Below are positions 53,401 to 64,000 of a stretch of 64,000 nt of DNA, in pieces. The DNA is from Macrostomum lignano (lineage: Eukaryota). Within the stretch, counting starts at the first letter, position 1, and the number at the start of each line of letters is the position of its first letter. The notes under the pieces are model-generated. The model was not told the origin of the DNA, ran no database searches, and was given only the letters and a program-made list of their open reading frames with translations. Position numbers and translations under genes: made by a program. Location: positions 302,901-366,900 of the forward strand of contig NIVC01001066.1 in NCBI GenBank assembly GCA_002269645.1, given 5' to 3'.

Positions 53401-55561
53401 CCCCCTCTGCCTAGGCATTGTCTGTTTATTGAACCCCCCTTCTTTGCGTGCGACCCCACCCCATTTTTTAAGTCTAGCTGCCGCCCCTATAGTTTGTGAT
53501 TGGCTGCCAGACTGCCGTCCCAGTCTGCCGTGTTGCGCTCTCGGCGATTGGCTGGTACTTCTCATTTTGGTCCCATGTTGTTGTCTAAGCCCCCTGTTGC
53601 CGCTTTCATCCCGCGCCCTCGACCCCAGTTTGCTGCCTATATATTCAGACCCCGTGAGACCCCATTTCCGTCGTCCGCGTTGGCTCCCCGGTGATTTGTG
53701 CCAGCGTTGGTTGCTATTACAATAAATTTTCCTAAAAAATAGAAATCCAAATAAAGAATACCAAGAAGACTCCCACTGCTCTGTCGGCGCTGTTTCCGGG
53801 TTGAACGACCGAAATCGCGGCTGGTAAGCCTTCCACCTTGCAAGTCATTTGTTGTTCCCTCCCCTGCGCAGTTGTCACAGGGCTGACGGCTTGGTGGAGT
53901 CCATTCGAACACGCCACATCAGACAAGAGGTTTCAAACGGGTACCCCCAGTGAGCTGGTGGTTTGTTTCGTTAAAGTCACGTTTTCAACAGAAAAAATTA
54001 ATCTAACCTTTCTTAGCAGCACTCGTACGACTCGTACATTCAGGTACCTTAGTTTGATGGCAATGCGTTTCAGCCGAGTTTGCAGAAGATCACGGCTGCA
54101 GCTGTATCGTCTGCCAAGGTCTTTCGCCACCGGTTTCTTGCCAGCCGGTTTCCCAATCAGGAGGATCGACGTCCTTCCTGGCTTCCAGTAATTAGTTACT
54201 TGACCTGACGGCGATTCCGGACGCGGCGGTCGTCAGTGCCCCACTGAATTCCGACGTTGTTGACGGTGGCCGTCCGTCCTGTCTTGTGCGGCGCGGTCAC
54301 TTGGGCGATTTCTTTGGCGATCACCAAATTTCTTCGGCTGTCAGCCATGTTGTGGAAGCTGACACTGCACTGTCGATCACACACCTTGGTAGTATTGACA
54401 TTATAGACGACTTTCCGATTGTTAAGGATCCTTCGCTTAGCGGTTATATGAACTGTACAAGCTTCGACTGGAAAATTTTGAAATTACTGCACTGGTCCCA
54501 GGAGAAGTTAAAGCGAAAAAACCACACACACAGTGCAAGCAGATTCACAATTTCTTTATTTAAATACGAAGAAATATAATATATAGATAGATATAATGAT
54601 AATTCGTATAGATAGGTATACGATTCGTATACGATCGTATAGATCGTATAGATATGTTAATATATATAAAGCTGTATTGAACTTATTGAAGAGAGAGCTA
54701 GTTTCGCCAGTCGGATCCCCCATTGCTCTGCACATCCAGGCAAAACTCTGCTGGCCCGCGCCATCGCTTCGTCAATTGACGCCAAATTCCTAAAAGTGGT
54801 GTCCTCGTCAATCGTTGACAAGTACATCGGCGAGAGCGCCCGCCTGATTCGCGAGATGTTCGGCTACGCCCGAGAGCACGAGCCCTGCATCATCTTCATG
54901 GACGAGATCGACGCCATCGGCGGTCGCCGGTTCAGCGAGGGCACGTCGGCTGATCGAGAGATTCAGCGGACGCTCATGGAGGTGCGTTTTACTTATTATT
55001 TGCAGAGAAGACTATCCACCCCTTGACCTTTACAATACGCCCCTTCAGTCTCACAATACGCCCCTGTCAGCCTCACCATCCGCCCCGTCAGCCTCACAAT
55101 CCGCCCCGTCAGCCTCACGATCCGCCCCTCCAATCTTAAATCTGCCCCTCAATCCACCCGGTTGGCAGCTCCTAAACCAGATGGACGGTTTCGATGCCCT
55201 GGGCGCGGTGAAGATCATCATGGCCACTAACCGACCGGACACCCTGGACCCTGCCCTGCTCCGGCCCGGCCGACTCGATCGCAAAGTTGAAATCCAGCTG
55301 CCAAACGAGCTGGGCAGGCTGGACATTCTCAAGATCCACTCCGGGCCCATAGCCAAGCACGGCGAAGTTGACTGGGAGGCGGTCGTAAAGCTGTCGGACG
55401 GCTTCAATGGTGCCGATCTGCGCAACGTGTGCACGGAGGCCGGCATGTTCGCTATCAGGGCCGAGCGAGACTACGTCATCGAGGAGGACTTTATGAAGGC
55501 TGTGCGTAAGATTGCCGACACTAAGAAGCTGGAGACCAAGCTGGATTACAAGCCGGTATAA
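47417..55561 (+). CDS. PSMC6: 26S proteasome regulatory ATPase subunit Rpt4 (403 aa)
   Basis: Phase-consistent exons 47417-47543 ([18 protein letters not shown]), 50783-51232 ([38 protein letters not shown]), 54740-54981 ([38 protein letters not shown]), 55169-55561 (..[11 protein letters not shown]). Confidence 0.97.
48128..48415 (+). mobile_element. Truncated copy of the hAT MITE found complete at 49597-49993 (inverted relative to it)
   Basis: TAGAGGTCGGATGGGATCCC... aligns over ~290 nt with the reverse complement of 49701-49993. Confidence 0.8.
49597..49993 (-). mobile_element. hAT-type MITE (397 bp) in PSMC6 intron 1
   Basis: TIRs TAGAGGTTGGACGGGATT / AATCCCGTCCGACCTCTA; 8-bp TSD CTGAAAAG / CTAAAAAG. 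Confidence 0.85.
50233..50388. repeat. Near-perfect ~156-bp hairpin (63-bp arms), probably a palindromic MITE
   Basis: Arm GCGCAACCTTGGGATTCACTCGGCCGTTTCTATTGGCAACACACACATGTAAGTCGCTATTGG mirrored with about 3 mismatches; central AGTCACGTGACT palindrome. Confidence 0.85.
51560..54400 (-). mobile_element. Decayed Penelope-like retroelement (RT + GIY-YIG), antisense in PSMC6 intron 2; boundaries approximate
   Basis: Frameshifted fragments in PLE order: [11 protein letters not shown] (N-terminal), [22 protein letters not shown] and [21 protein letters not shown] (RT), YFLDCCV..YFKPTDS..LHLES (thumb), [19 protein letters not shown] (GIY-YIG). Confidence 0.8.
55025..55130. repeat. Short 21-bp tandem repeat (CGCCCCGTCAGCCTCACAATC) in PSMC6 intron 3
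   Basis: About 4-5 degenerate units. Confidence 0.8.
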
Positions 55562-56149
55562 ATAATATCGTTAGCGTGTGTATACTGCTACTGGGCTGGT
55601 AGTAGACTGAACTGCAAGTTGTAGCTGTAATGTAAACTGCTCTTTTGTCTTAACTTGTGTTTGCCTAATGCTTAGGCTATGAATGCGGGTCTCAACAACT
55701 GGGGGGGGGGTGTTTATTTTCTCGCATAAACAAGTCTAATAAGTTTTTTCTCTTTCGTCTTATTACGCAAATCCAGCAGCGGCTTTGCCAACCTCTCGTA
55801 CAGCGCATTGAACTATTTACTATAAAGTGCATCGGCAAGGTGTGTCTGAAGTAGACTGAACTTTCGGTTATTCGCACCACTGTGTAACCCTGCCGTGTTG
55901 CTGTGCTTGTCTATCAGAATAATTAAATTTATAAAGTCCAAGTTAGTAGCCCATTGTTCACTTTATTACATGATTTATGCAATGCAAACCAACATTTTTC
56001 ATTTGCACTTTTTCGCTTGCGTTCAATTTCTTTTTAACTTTTAAAGAAATTCATTAGACATCTCATTTCATTTTTCTTATTGTACGAGTATTGTTTTATT
56101 GTGTATGAAGGGTAACAAGTAGTTGGCCAAAAACAGAGTAATCAAGAAG

Positions 56150-56935
56150 GTTAGATGATTCACTGGCAGGTGAGGCACTCAGGTATCATCAGGAAGGGCA
56201 GATGATTCACTGGCAGGTGAGGCACTCAGGTATCATCAGGAAGGGCAGATGATTCACTGCCAGGTGAGGCACTCGATATCATCAGGAAGGGCAGATGATT
56301 CACTGTTAGGTGAGACACTCAGGTATCATCAGGAAGGGCAGATGATTCACTGTTAGGTGAGACACTCAGGTATCATCAGGAAGGGCAGATGATTCACTGT
56401 TAGGTGAGACACTCAGGTATCATCAGGAAGGGCAGATGATTCACTGTTAGGTGAGACACTCAGGTATCATCAGGAAGGGCAGATGATTCACTGTTAGGTG
56501 AGACACTCGATATCATCAGGAAGGGTAGATGATTCACTGTTAGGTGAGACACTCAGGTATCATCAGGAAGGGCAGATGATTCACTGTTAGGTGAGACACT
56601 CAGGTATCATCAGGAAGGGCAGATGATTCACTGTTAGGTGAGACACTCAGGTATCATCAGGAAGGGCAGATGATTCACTGTTAAGTGAGACACTCAGGTA
56701 TCATCAGGAAGGGCAGATGATTCACTGTTAGGTGAGACACTCGATATCATCAGGAAGGGTAGATGATTCACTGCCAGGTGAGGCACTCGATATCATCAGG
56801 AAGGGTAGATGATTCACTGCCAGGTGAGGCACTCGATATCATCAGGAAGGGCAGATGATTCACTGTTAGGTGAGGCAGTCAGGTATCATCAGGAAGGGTA
56901 GATGATTCACTGCCAGGTGAGTCCATCAGATATCA
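56150..56935. repeat. 46/47-bp minisatellite (GATGATTCACTGTTAGGTGAGACACTCAGGTATCATCAGGAAGGGCA)n
   Basis: About 17 units downstream of PSMC6. Confidence 0.95.
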
Positions 56936-57485
56936 TCAGTTTATGCATATGTAAACTTGAGGACTTCCATGTGAACTCGAGTTTGGTCATATTTTATCTC
57001 GACAGCTCATCGAGCTTGCGTGCGCCTTGGAGCTGTTAAGCGGGATTTTTTTATCTGATAGAATGAGAAATCAAAATGATGGGATCTTCTTAGGTGTTCA
57101 AATTGACTTACAGACCGGCACTTAAGCAGGTGAAAATGAAAGTCTGCTGACCGATGCGGTGTTAATTAGTTGCTGGCACGCATCTTGATCGCTCTTCACT
57201 GCGAACTCCGATGAACTTTCCAATTAAGTAAGACTCAATTCGTTGGTGCCTCTTTTATGACTAATTATCTGTTCTGTAGGTTTTTGAGGGCCAGGTGAAG
57301 CGGAAACCTTGGGAGAATTTTTTAGATGATGATTAAAAATCAGTCTCAGCTTGTCTAACGACTACATACAAGCCTTGCTTCTTTTATTGAGGCGTTTATT
57401 ATATAAGCGACTATTTTAAATCCTGACTTCTTCAAAATCGCTTTTTCCGTTTTCCCGTTTTTGATCCGGCTTTCAAGTGTGCCAT

Positions 57486-58425
57486 AAGATTTGTTATACC
57501 GGTGTCCGGATGTGAGATTTGTTATACCGGTGTCCGGATGTGAGATTTGTTATACCGGTGTCCGGATGTGAGATTTGTTATACCGGTGTCCGGATGTGAG
57601 ATTTGTTATACCGGTGTCCGGATGTGAGTTTTGTTATACCAGTGTCCGGATGTGAGTTTTGTTATACCGGTGTCCGAATGTGAGATTTGTTACACCGGTG
57701 TCCGGATGTGAGATTTGTTATACCAGTGTCCGAATGTGAGTTTTGTTATACCGGTGTCCGGATGTGAGATTTGTTATACCGGTGTCCGGATGTGAGATTT
57801 GTTATACCGGTGTCCGGATGTGAGATTTGTTATACCAGTGTCCGGATGTGAGATTTGTTATACCGGTGTCCGAATGTGAGATTTGTTATACCGGTGTCCG
57901 GATGTGAGATTTGTTATACCGGTGTCCGGATGTGAGATTTGTTATACCGGTGTCCGGATGTGAGATTTGTTATACCGGTGTCCGGATGTGAGATTTGTTA
58001 TACCGGTGTCCGGATGTGAGATTTGTTATACCGGTGTCCGGATGTGAGTTTTGTTATACCAGTGTCCGGATGTGAGTTTTGTTATACCGGTGTCCGAATG
58101 TGAGATTTGTTACACCGGTGTCCGGATGTGAGATTTGTTATACCAGTGTCCGAATGTGAGATTTGTTATACCGGTGTCCGGATGTGAGATTTGTTATACC
58201 GGTGTCCGGATGTGAGATTTGTTATACCGGTGTCCGGATGTGAGATTTGTTATACCAGTGTCCGGATGTGAGATTTGTTATACCGGTGTCCGAATGTGAG
58301 ATTTGTTATACCGGTGTCCGGATGTGAGATTTGTTATACCGGTGTCCGGATGTGAGATTTGTTATACCGGTGTCCGGATGTGAGATTTGTTATACCGGTG
58401 TCCGGATGTGAGATTTGTTATACCG
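57486..58425. repeat. 28-bp minisatellite (GTGAGATTTGTTATACCGGTGTCCGGAT)n
   Basis: About 33 units, intergenic. Confidence 0.96.
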
Positions 58426-59379
58426 ACTATAGTACACCATATTCTCATATTGTACTTTTTAACGTCAAACTCTCTGGTAAGAGATTCGGTACACTCATGT
58501 CCAGCTTGCGTTTCCATTCGCTGAGTCCATCCATTTCTGCAATTAGCAATAAGTGAGTCCTGCAGCACCTCCCGCTATTCAATTCTACTTTGCTACCTCA
58601 AGTGTCAGGCGGACATATAATTTACAGTATTTTTCCCGGCTCCCAGCCCAATGCGCCAGAGGCCATCGTCATTTAGCGCCATAAATAATCAGGCGTTAAA
58701 AGCGGACAGCCCTTGCGATCAGGAAACGGCGCGTGGGTGCCCAGGCAGAGTCCAGCGTAACCAACTAGCTAAGTCGTAAATATTATTCCATTTTGCTAAG
58801 CGGGGATTTTATCCCCATAAATTCTATAGGCGTACCCAACGGCGCTCACGCCCCATCTCTCTCTGTAATCGGCACTTAAACAGGGTAATACACGACCATA
58901 CCCAACACCATTGTGGTGGCCTATGGGCTTCAGTATGCGGTTTAGTGTCTCGACCGTAGTAGCCAGCCATCTCTCGTGGGAGCGCCTTCCTCTCTGCACC
59001 CCCCCCCCCTGTGCATCTCCCTCTAGATTCTGATGCAGCTATTTATTCTATCGTATCAGTAGCAGATTTATGTGTGCCTGCACTGTTGCCAGACTGATTA
59101 TGAAGCTGCAATACTGTCTAGTAATTCTAGTACTGCAGTACTTGTAACAATATAGTAACTTGCTGCTATACACATATACATCCTAAGCGAATATTAAGGT
59201 TCACCCTGCTAAAGTCAAAAGCCAAGACCTCCTAAGTTATTTATCTGGATTAGAAATAAATATCAACACTAAGAGGCCAGTTCGCTTTGCCTTCAGCCAA
59301 TTTTAAAATCTGTCTAAACTGCATTTCTAAAATGCGGCTGTAGTGTGACAGGCTGGCTTTACAGGCTGGCTACAGGCCT

Positions 59380-60030
59380 CGTCTCCCTCTACCTCCCCAT
59401 TTTCCTCTACCTCCCCATCTCCCTTTATCTCTCCACCTTCCTCTACCTCCTTACCTCTCTCCCTCATCTCTCTCTACCTCTCCACCTTCCTCTACCTCCT
59501 TACCTCTCTCCCTCATCTCCCTCTACCTCTCCATCTCACTCTACCTCCTTACCTCTCTCCCTCATCTCCCTCTACCTGTCCACCTTCCTCTACCTCCCCA
59601 TCTCCCTTTATCTCTCCACCTTCCTCTACCTCCTTACCTCTCTCCCTCATCTCCCTCTACCTCTCCATCTCACTCTACCTCCTTATCTCTCTCCCTCATC
59701 TCCCTCTACCTCTCCACCTCCCTCTACCTCCTTACCTCTCTCCCTCATCTCCCTCTACCTCTTCACCTCCCTCTACCTCCTTACCTCTCTCCCTCATCTC
59801 CCTCTACCTCTCCACCTTCCTCTACCTCCTTATCTCTCTCCCTCATCTCCCTCTACCTCTCCACCTCCCTCTAACTCCTTACCTCTTTCCCTCATCTCCC
59901 TCTACCTCTCCACCTCCCTCTCCCTCCTTACCTCTCTCCCTCATCTCCCTCTACCTCTCCACCTCACTCTACCTCCTTACCTCTCTCCCTCATCTCCCTC
60001 TACCCCTCCACCTCACTCTACCTCCTCATC
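59380..60030. repeat. Pyrimidine-rich composite tandem repeat (CTACCTC/CCCTCATCT units)
   Basis: Low-complexity CT array; explains ORF 59345-60064. Confidence 0.9.
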
Positions 60031-60459
60031 TCCTTTTTTCACGTCTCCCTCTGACTCCCTGTAAGCCCGGTAGGCACTGTCTCCTGGACCGTCGACTATT
60101 TTTCTCATTAATATTCACTGGCACTGCCCAACCAATCAGAGCCAAGCTGCAACCCTATTCGCTGGCTAGTGGGTGCAGCAGCTGGTAAAGCAAAATATCA
60201 TACATTAGCCAACACAGTGAGTCGCCTGGGCCAATATGCTGATATTGCCTCCACAAATTCGCATCTAATTCTCAGCAGAACTGGATTTAGCAACCATTGG
60301 GAACTTCGTCTCAGCCGAACTGATTTGGAAAGACATTTTTCGGCATCAGGTTGCAGATAATTAGCAAGGTGAGCGGATTTTTTATTTGGCTTTCACTTTC
60401 TACTAAAGTGTGGTATGCAACCTCTTAATTTATTGATAAGGGGAATGACTACTAAATGT

Positions 60460-60840
60460 ACACTGTGACTACCACACTCTGACTACCACACTGTGACTAC
60501 CAAACTCTGACTACCACACTGTGACTACCACACTGTGACTACCACACTGTGACTACCACACTGTGACTACCACACTGTGACTACCACACTGTGACTACCA
60601 CACTCTGACTACCACACTGTGACTACCACACTGTGACTACCACAATCTGACTACCACACTGTGACTACCACACTGTGACTACCACACCGACTACCACACT
60701 GGGACTACCAAACTCTGACTAACACATTCTGACTACCACACTCTGACACACACTGTGACTACCACACTCTGACTACCACAATCTGACTACCACAATCTGA
60801 CTACCACAATCTGACCATCCACTCTGACTACCACAGTGAC
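60460..60840. repeat. 14-bp minisatellite (GACTACCACACTGT)n
   Basis: Tandem units just upstream of the TRIM-like ATG. Confidence 0.93.
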
Positions 60841-60974
60841 TAACAGAGACAAAGTACTCTACGCTTTAATCAACAAAATGCCGGCAAACCAATAAATTAC
60901 TCGTAATATTTCGCAGGACAGCACCCACCCCCTACCTCTGCATCTCCCAGTCTGTCTGCCAGTCTCTCTTCGCA

Positions 60975-62161
60975 ATGTCCGGCAGCATCGGCAAAGGCCT
61001 CGAGCAGGAGCTGAAGTGTCCGCTGTGCAGAGCCTGGTTCGTCCGGCCGCTGCTGTTGCCATGCGGACATTCGCTGTGCCGCGACTGCTGGGCCGGCATC
61101 CAGCAGGCCCGGCGGACGACCAGATGTCCGTGCTGTCCGAGACCGACTCGGGCGTGTCCCTGCCGGCGTCCAGGCCGGACAGTTTGGTGACCGCTGGTGA
61201 GCGGTTTCTTGGAAACTACTGCAAGGAAATTGCTTTACAGTTTTCTTCGACCTAGAAAGTTTCTTAGAAATAATAAATCTTAGCAAGATATAATATTTAA
61301 CGCGAATACTACGTTTAAAATGCAATTATGTTTCTTGGAAAACTGGGCACTAGAAAAGTTTTTTTCGGGCACTTAATAATAATAATAATTGATTGATTAC
61401 ACCTGCCAAAATTGGCCAGATGCGCAACCGACATCTCAGCCGCAGCTATTGCGCGGCGCATCTGAAGGCTGCGTACGGCTGTTCAGTCCAAGGACTGGGG
61501 GGTCGCCACACACACCCTCCATTTCCCCAGCTGAACTGAAGCAATGCAGAGTTAAGTGTCTTGCTCAAGGACACAAATTATTCCAGTGGAATCTGGAATC
61601 GAACCGCCGACCTTTGAGTCGTGAATCCGACACTAATCACTAGGCTACAACCCCTTTTTCTAAGAAACTTACGTGGTTTTTATGACAAGCCGGAGGTTTT
61701 CGTTAAAAAGCAACTCAGCTTGAAGACAATCATTAGAAACATTTTTGTTTCAGCTTCCAGCGGCTCCGGCAGCAGCGGCGGCGGCGGCGGCGGCGCAGGA
61801 AGTTCCGGCGCTGCTGGCACAATCGGCGGCTTCCTCTGCCCGGCCTGCCGCAAGCCGGTGGCGCCGCCGCACAGCCAGCAGCTGCCGCCAATCGCGCTCT
61901 CGAACGGCTTGTCTCCGCCACTGCCGCCGCCTCTTCGGCTAACAAAGACCACGGCAGCCAGGACTGCGGCAACGACGAAGATGTCGTCGAGTTGAACGAC
62001 TGCCGGAGACACCTGGGCGAGCCGGGCGCCTTCTGCCTCTCCTGCCGGGGCAGCTTCGCCTGCGGCCTGTGCGCCGGCGAGGAACCCTGCGCGGCGGCGG
62101 AGGCGGCGGCGGCGAGCGGCACCAGCCTGTACCGCTGCCGGCGCGCTGCAAAGCTCAGAAG
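60975..62161 (+). CDS. TRIM9/TRIM67-like RING/B-box protein, first two exons; two apparent -1 frameshifts (sequence error or pseudogene)
   Basis: Exon 60975-61196: LEQELKCPLC..PLLLPCGHSLCRDC, then in a shifted frame DDQMSVLSETDSGV (TRIM9-type insert). Exon 61754-62161: FLCPACRK, then in a shifted frame NRALERLV and a B-box-like CRRHLGEPGAFCLSC..CGLC. Confidence 0.7.
61495..61650 (-). mobile_element. tRNA-derived SINE with a CORE-like segment, antisense in TRIM intron 1
   Basis: Minus strand reads TAGCCTAGTGA (A-box-like)..GGTTCGATTCC (B box)..GTGTCCTTGAGCAAGACACTTAACTCT, similar to the MIR/CORE motif CCTTGGGCAAGTCACTTAACCTCT. Confidence 0.7.
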
Positions 62162-62259
62162 GTGCGTTGGTTGTTTGAGGCTGTGCTGAGATGCCGGAGA
62201 GGCTGTTTTATTCTAATGGGAGGACCACTGGGTTCTTTGTTGTGAACACCTAGAAATAA

Positions 62260-62590
62260 GTCACTCTGAAGACATTTCTAAAGAAGTCACTCTGAGGTGA
62301 TCTCCCGAGGTCATCTCATTCTGAGGAAATTTCCCAAGTTGTCACTCTGAACACATCTTTTAAGAAGTCACTCTGAGGACACCTCTGAAGTATCACCTTG
62401 AGGACAGCCTGAAGTAGTCAATCTGAGGACATCCCTGAAGAAGTCACTCTGAGGACGTCTCCGAAGAAGTCACTCTGAAGACATTTCGGAAGTAGTCACC
62501 TCGAAGACATCTATCTATGAAGAAGTCACTCTGAGGACATCTCCGAAGAACTCACTCTGAAGTCATATTTAAAGAAGGCACTCGGATGTC
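62260..62590. repeat. Degenerate ~23-bp tandem repeat (GAAGTCACTCTGAGGACATCTCC)
   Basis: Repeated AAGTCACTCTGA cores. Confidence 0.75.
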
Positions 62591-63794
62591 TAACTGTAGT
62601 CTGCCACAGCTTACAGTAATATCTAAAATCCTACACACTTTTCCTAACAAGGCTCTGAGTCACCAACAGCAAAGAAATTCCTAAAATATTCTACCTGCAT
62701 CTTTATTTAAAAGTCGCCAGGGCCTTCCGACAGCTTCTTGAGGTTCTGCCTGACGCAACCCGGGCAAACAAATTGTCCATTACTGTTGGAATTCTGGGCG
62801 CGGCAGCATTAATTTCCTGGGAAAAATTCCCGGATTGGTTAGACATTGGTTTCTTTTCCCAGATTGCCATCACAGGCTAGAAATTTTAGAGATCCGGGAG
62901 GTCCAAGACTTGCTTAAAGCACCACGTGGGTGATCGAATGGCATTAGTATGGTGGTAGTTAAAAAAAGTAAAGTTTGAATATCAATAGAGTATCAATAGA
63001 GCTATAAGAAAGGCACAACATACTGGTATCAAAAGATGAGCATTGGGTCTGCCTCCTATCAAAAGCAATAACAATTTTAGTATGAAAAAAGGTGAAAGCT
63101 TCTATCTCCGTAGTGTATTTTTCGTCGAAAACCAGCCTCTAACATTTTCTAAGAAATTTACGAGATAGTTTGCCGTCCTAATTTAGTTGTCCTTGGAATT
63201 CTAATAATGGAGCTCAATTGCATTGTCTATGGTTCAAGCCTATTAGTTCAGCTCCAGTTTGACCCCTAGTTGCATATTCTTCACCTCACTTTGAGGTCAC
63301 CATCACCGACTCTGATTGCACTCACCATCAATATATTTCCTTTGTAAGATCGTACAGTTTACGCCCGAGAGCTATTCGATGTGCAAAGTTTGTTTGCTAG
63401 CAGATTCTTATCACCCAAACTCGTTGAGCTGCACTTGCCGGCTGGACTGATTTGACCTCAAATGTGAGTCAAACAGAGAGCAGGAGCTACCAGCGTTTGG
63501 GGAGCGGTGGGAGCAGATTTCGGCACCTGGGAGTTCGCAGATAAGACTGCAACGGGCCCGCTTCAATGCGGCTTCGATAAGCTCTTGCGGGATGCCAGCA
63601 GATGCGGATTACAGAGAATCCCTTCTCAGAGCCCCCCCTCCCCACTGGAGCAGTGGCAATCGCGCGTTACGAAGGCAGGGACACCTACAGTCACAACCTG
63701 GAGTGGCCTCATCAAACACTTGTCATTTTCAGACAACTATAGGCCGACTGCGGTTCTTCAGTTTACAAAGGAAGGACAAGTCTGTCTAATGTCA

Positions 63795-63960
63795 CCGCAA
63801 TCAGCCTACAGTTGTCTGAAAATGCAAGGCTTTGTCGAGCCGCAATCAGCCTACAGTAGTCTGAAAATGCAAGGCTTTGTCGAGCCGCAATCAGCCTACA
63901 GTTGTCTGAAAATGCAAGGCTTTGTCAGGCCGCAATCAGCCTACAGTAGTCTGAAAATGT
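63795..63960. repeat. 45-bp tandem repeat x~4 (CCGCAATCAGCCTACAGTTGTCTGAAAATGCAAGGCTTTGTCGAG)
   Basis: Visible; gives the PQSAYSCLKMQGFVE periodicity in ORF 63507-63995. Confidence 0.9.
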
Positions 63961-64000
63961 GGAGTTCAGTAAGGAGTTGGCTCTCCAGCTTCTGACTCTA

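Noticed and set aside
56150-58425. 46/47-bp and 28-bp arrays as CRISPR arrays or hammerhead ribozyme satellites
   Set aside because: No spacers and no cas genes; CTGATGA is present but the GAAA core and stem III are missing
63507-63995. 162-aa ORF at the right edge
   Set aside because: No recognisable domain; its 3' part is a 45-bp tandem repeat; probably intronic in the TRIM-like gene

Overview
This is eukaryotic (metazoan) genomic DNA. GC-rich exons with poly-Ala/Gln tracts and introns full of minisatellites suggest a free-living flatworm such as Macrostomum, which is an inference. Most long ORFs in the supplied track are translations of tandem repeats or antisense shadows. Genes reconstructed by hand from GT-AG sites and phase checks: VPS13D (minus, 16 exons in the window, runs off the left edge), two intronless inducible hsp70 genes, a CENP-V/GFA gene, a CUE+NZF TAB2/3-like gene, a PH-RhoGAP (ARHGAP22/24/25-like), an InaF-motif microprotein, a calbindin-32/secretagogin-like EF-hand gene, a small UBA-like gene, PSMC6/Rpt4, and the 5' exons of a TRIM9/67-like gene carrying two frameshifts. 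Mobile DNA includes a decayed Penelope-like retroelement, hAT- and MULE-type MITEs and two tRNA-derived SINEs. The most striking structure is a ~7.1 kb palindrome (~15413-22526). Each arm carries a 5S rRNA gene followed on the same strand by an HSE/TATA-driven hsp70, and the arms meet at an inverted 14-bp minisatellite. Also notable: AT-rich, CpG-poor blocks cover the 5' ends of housekeeping genes, and almost every larger intron holds its own private minisatellite.
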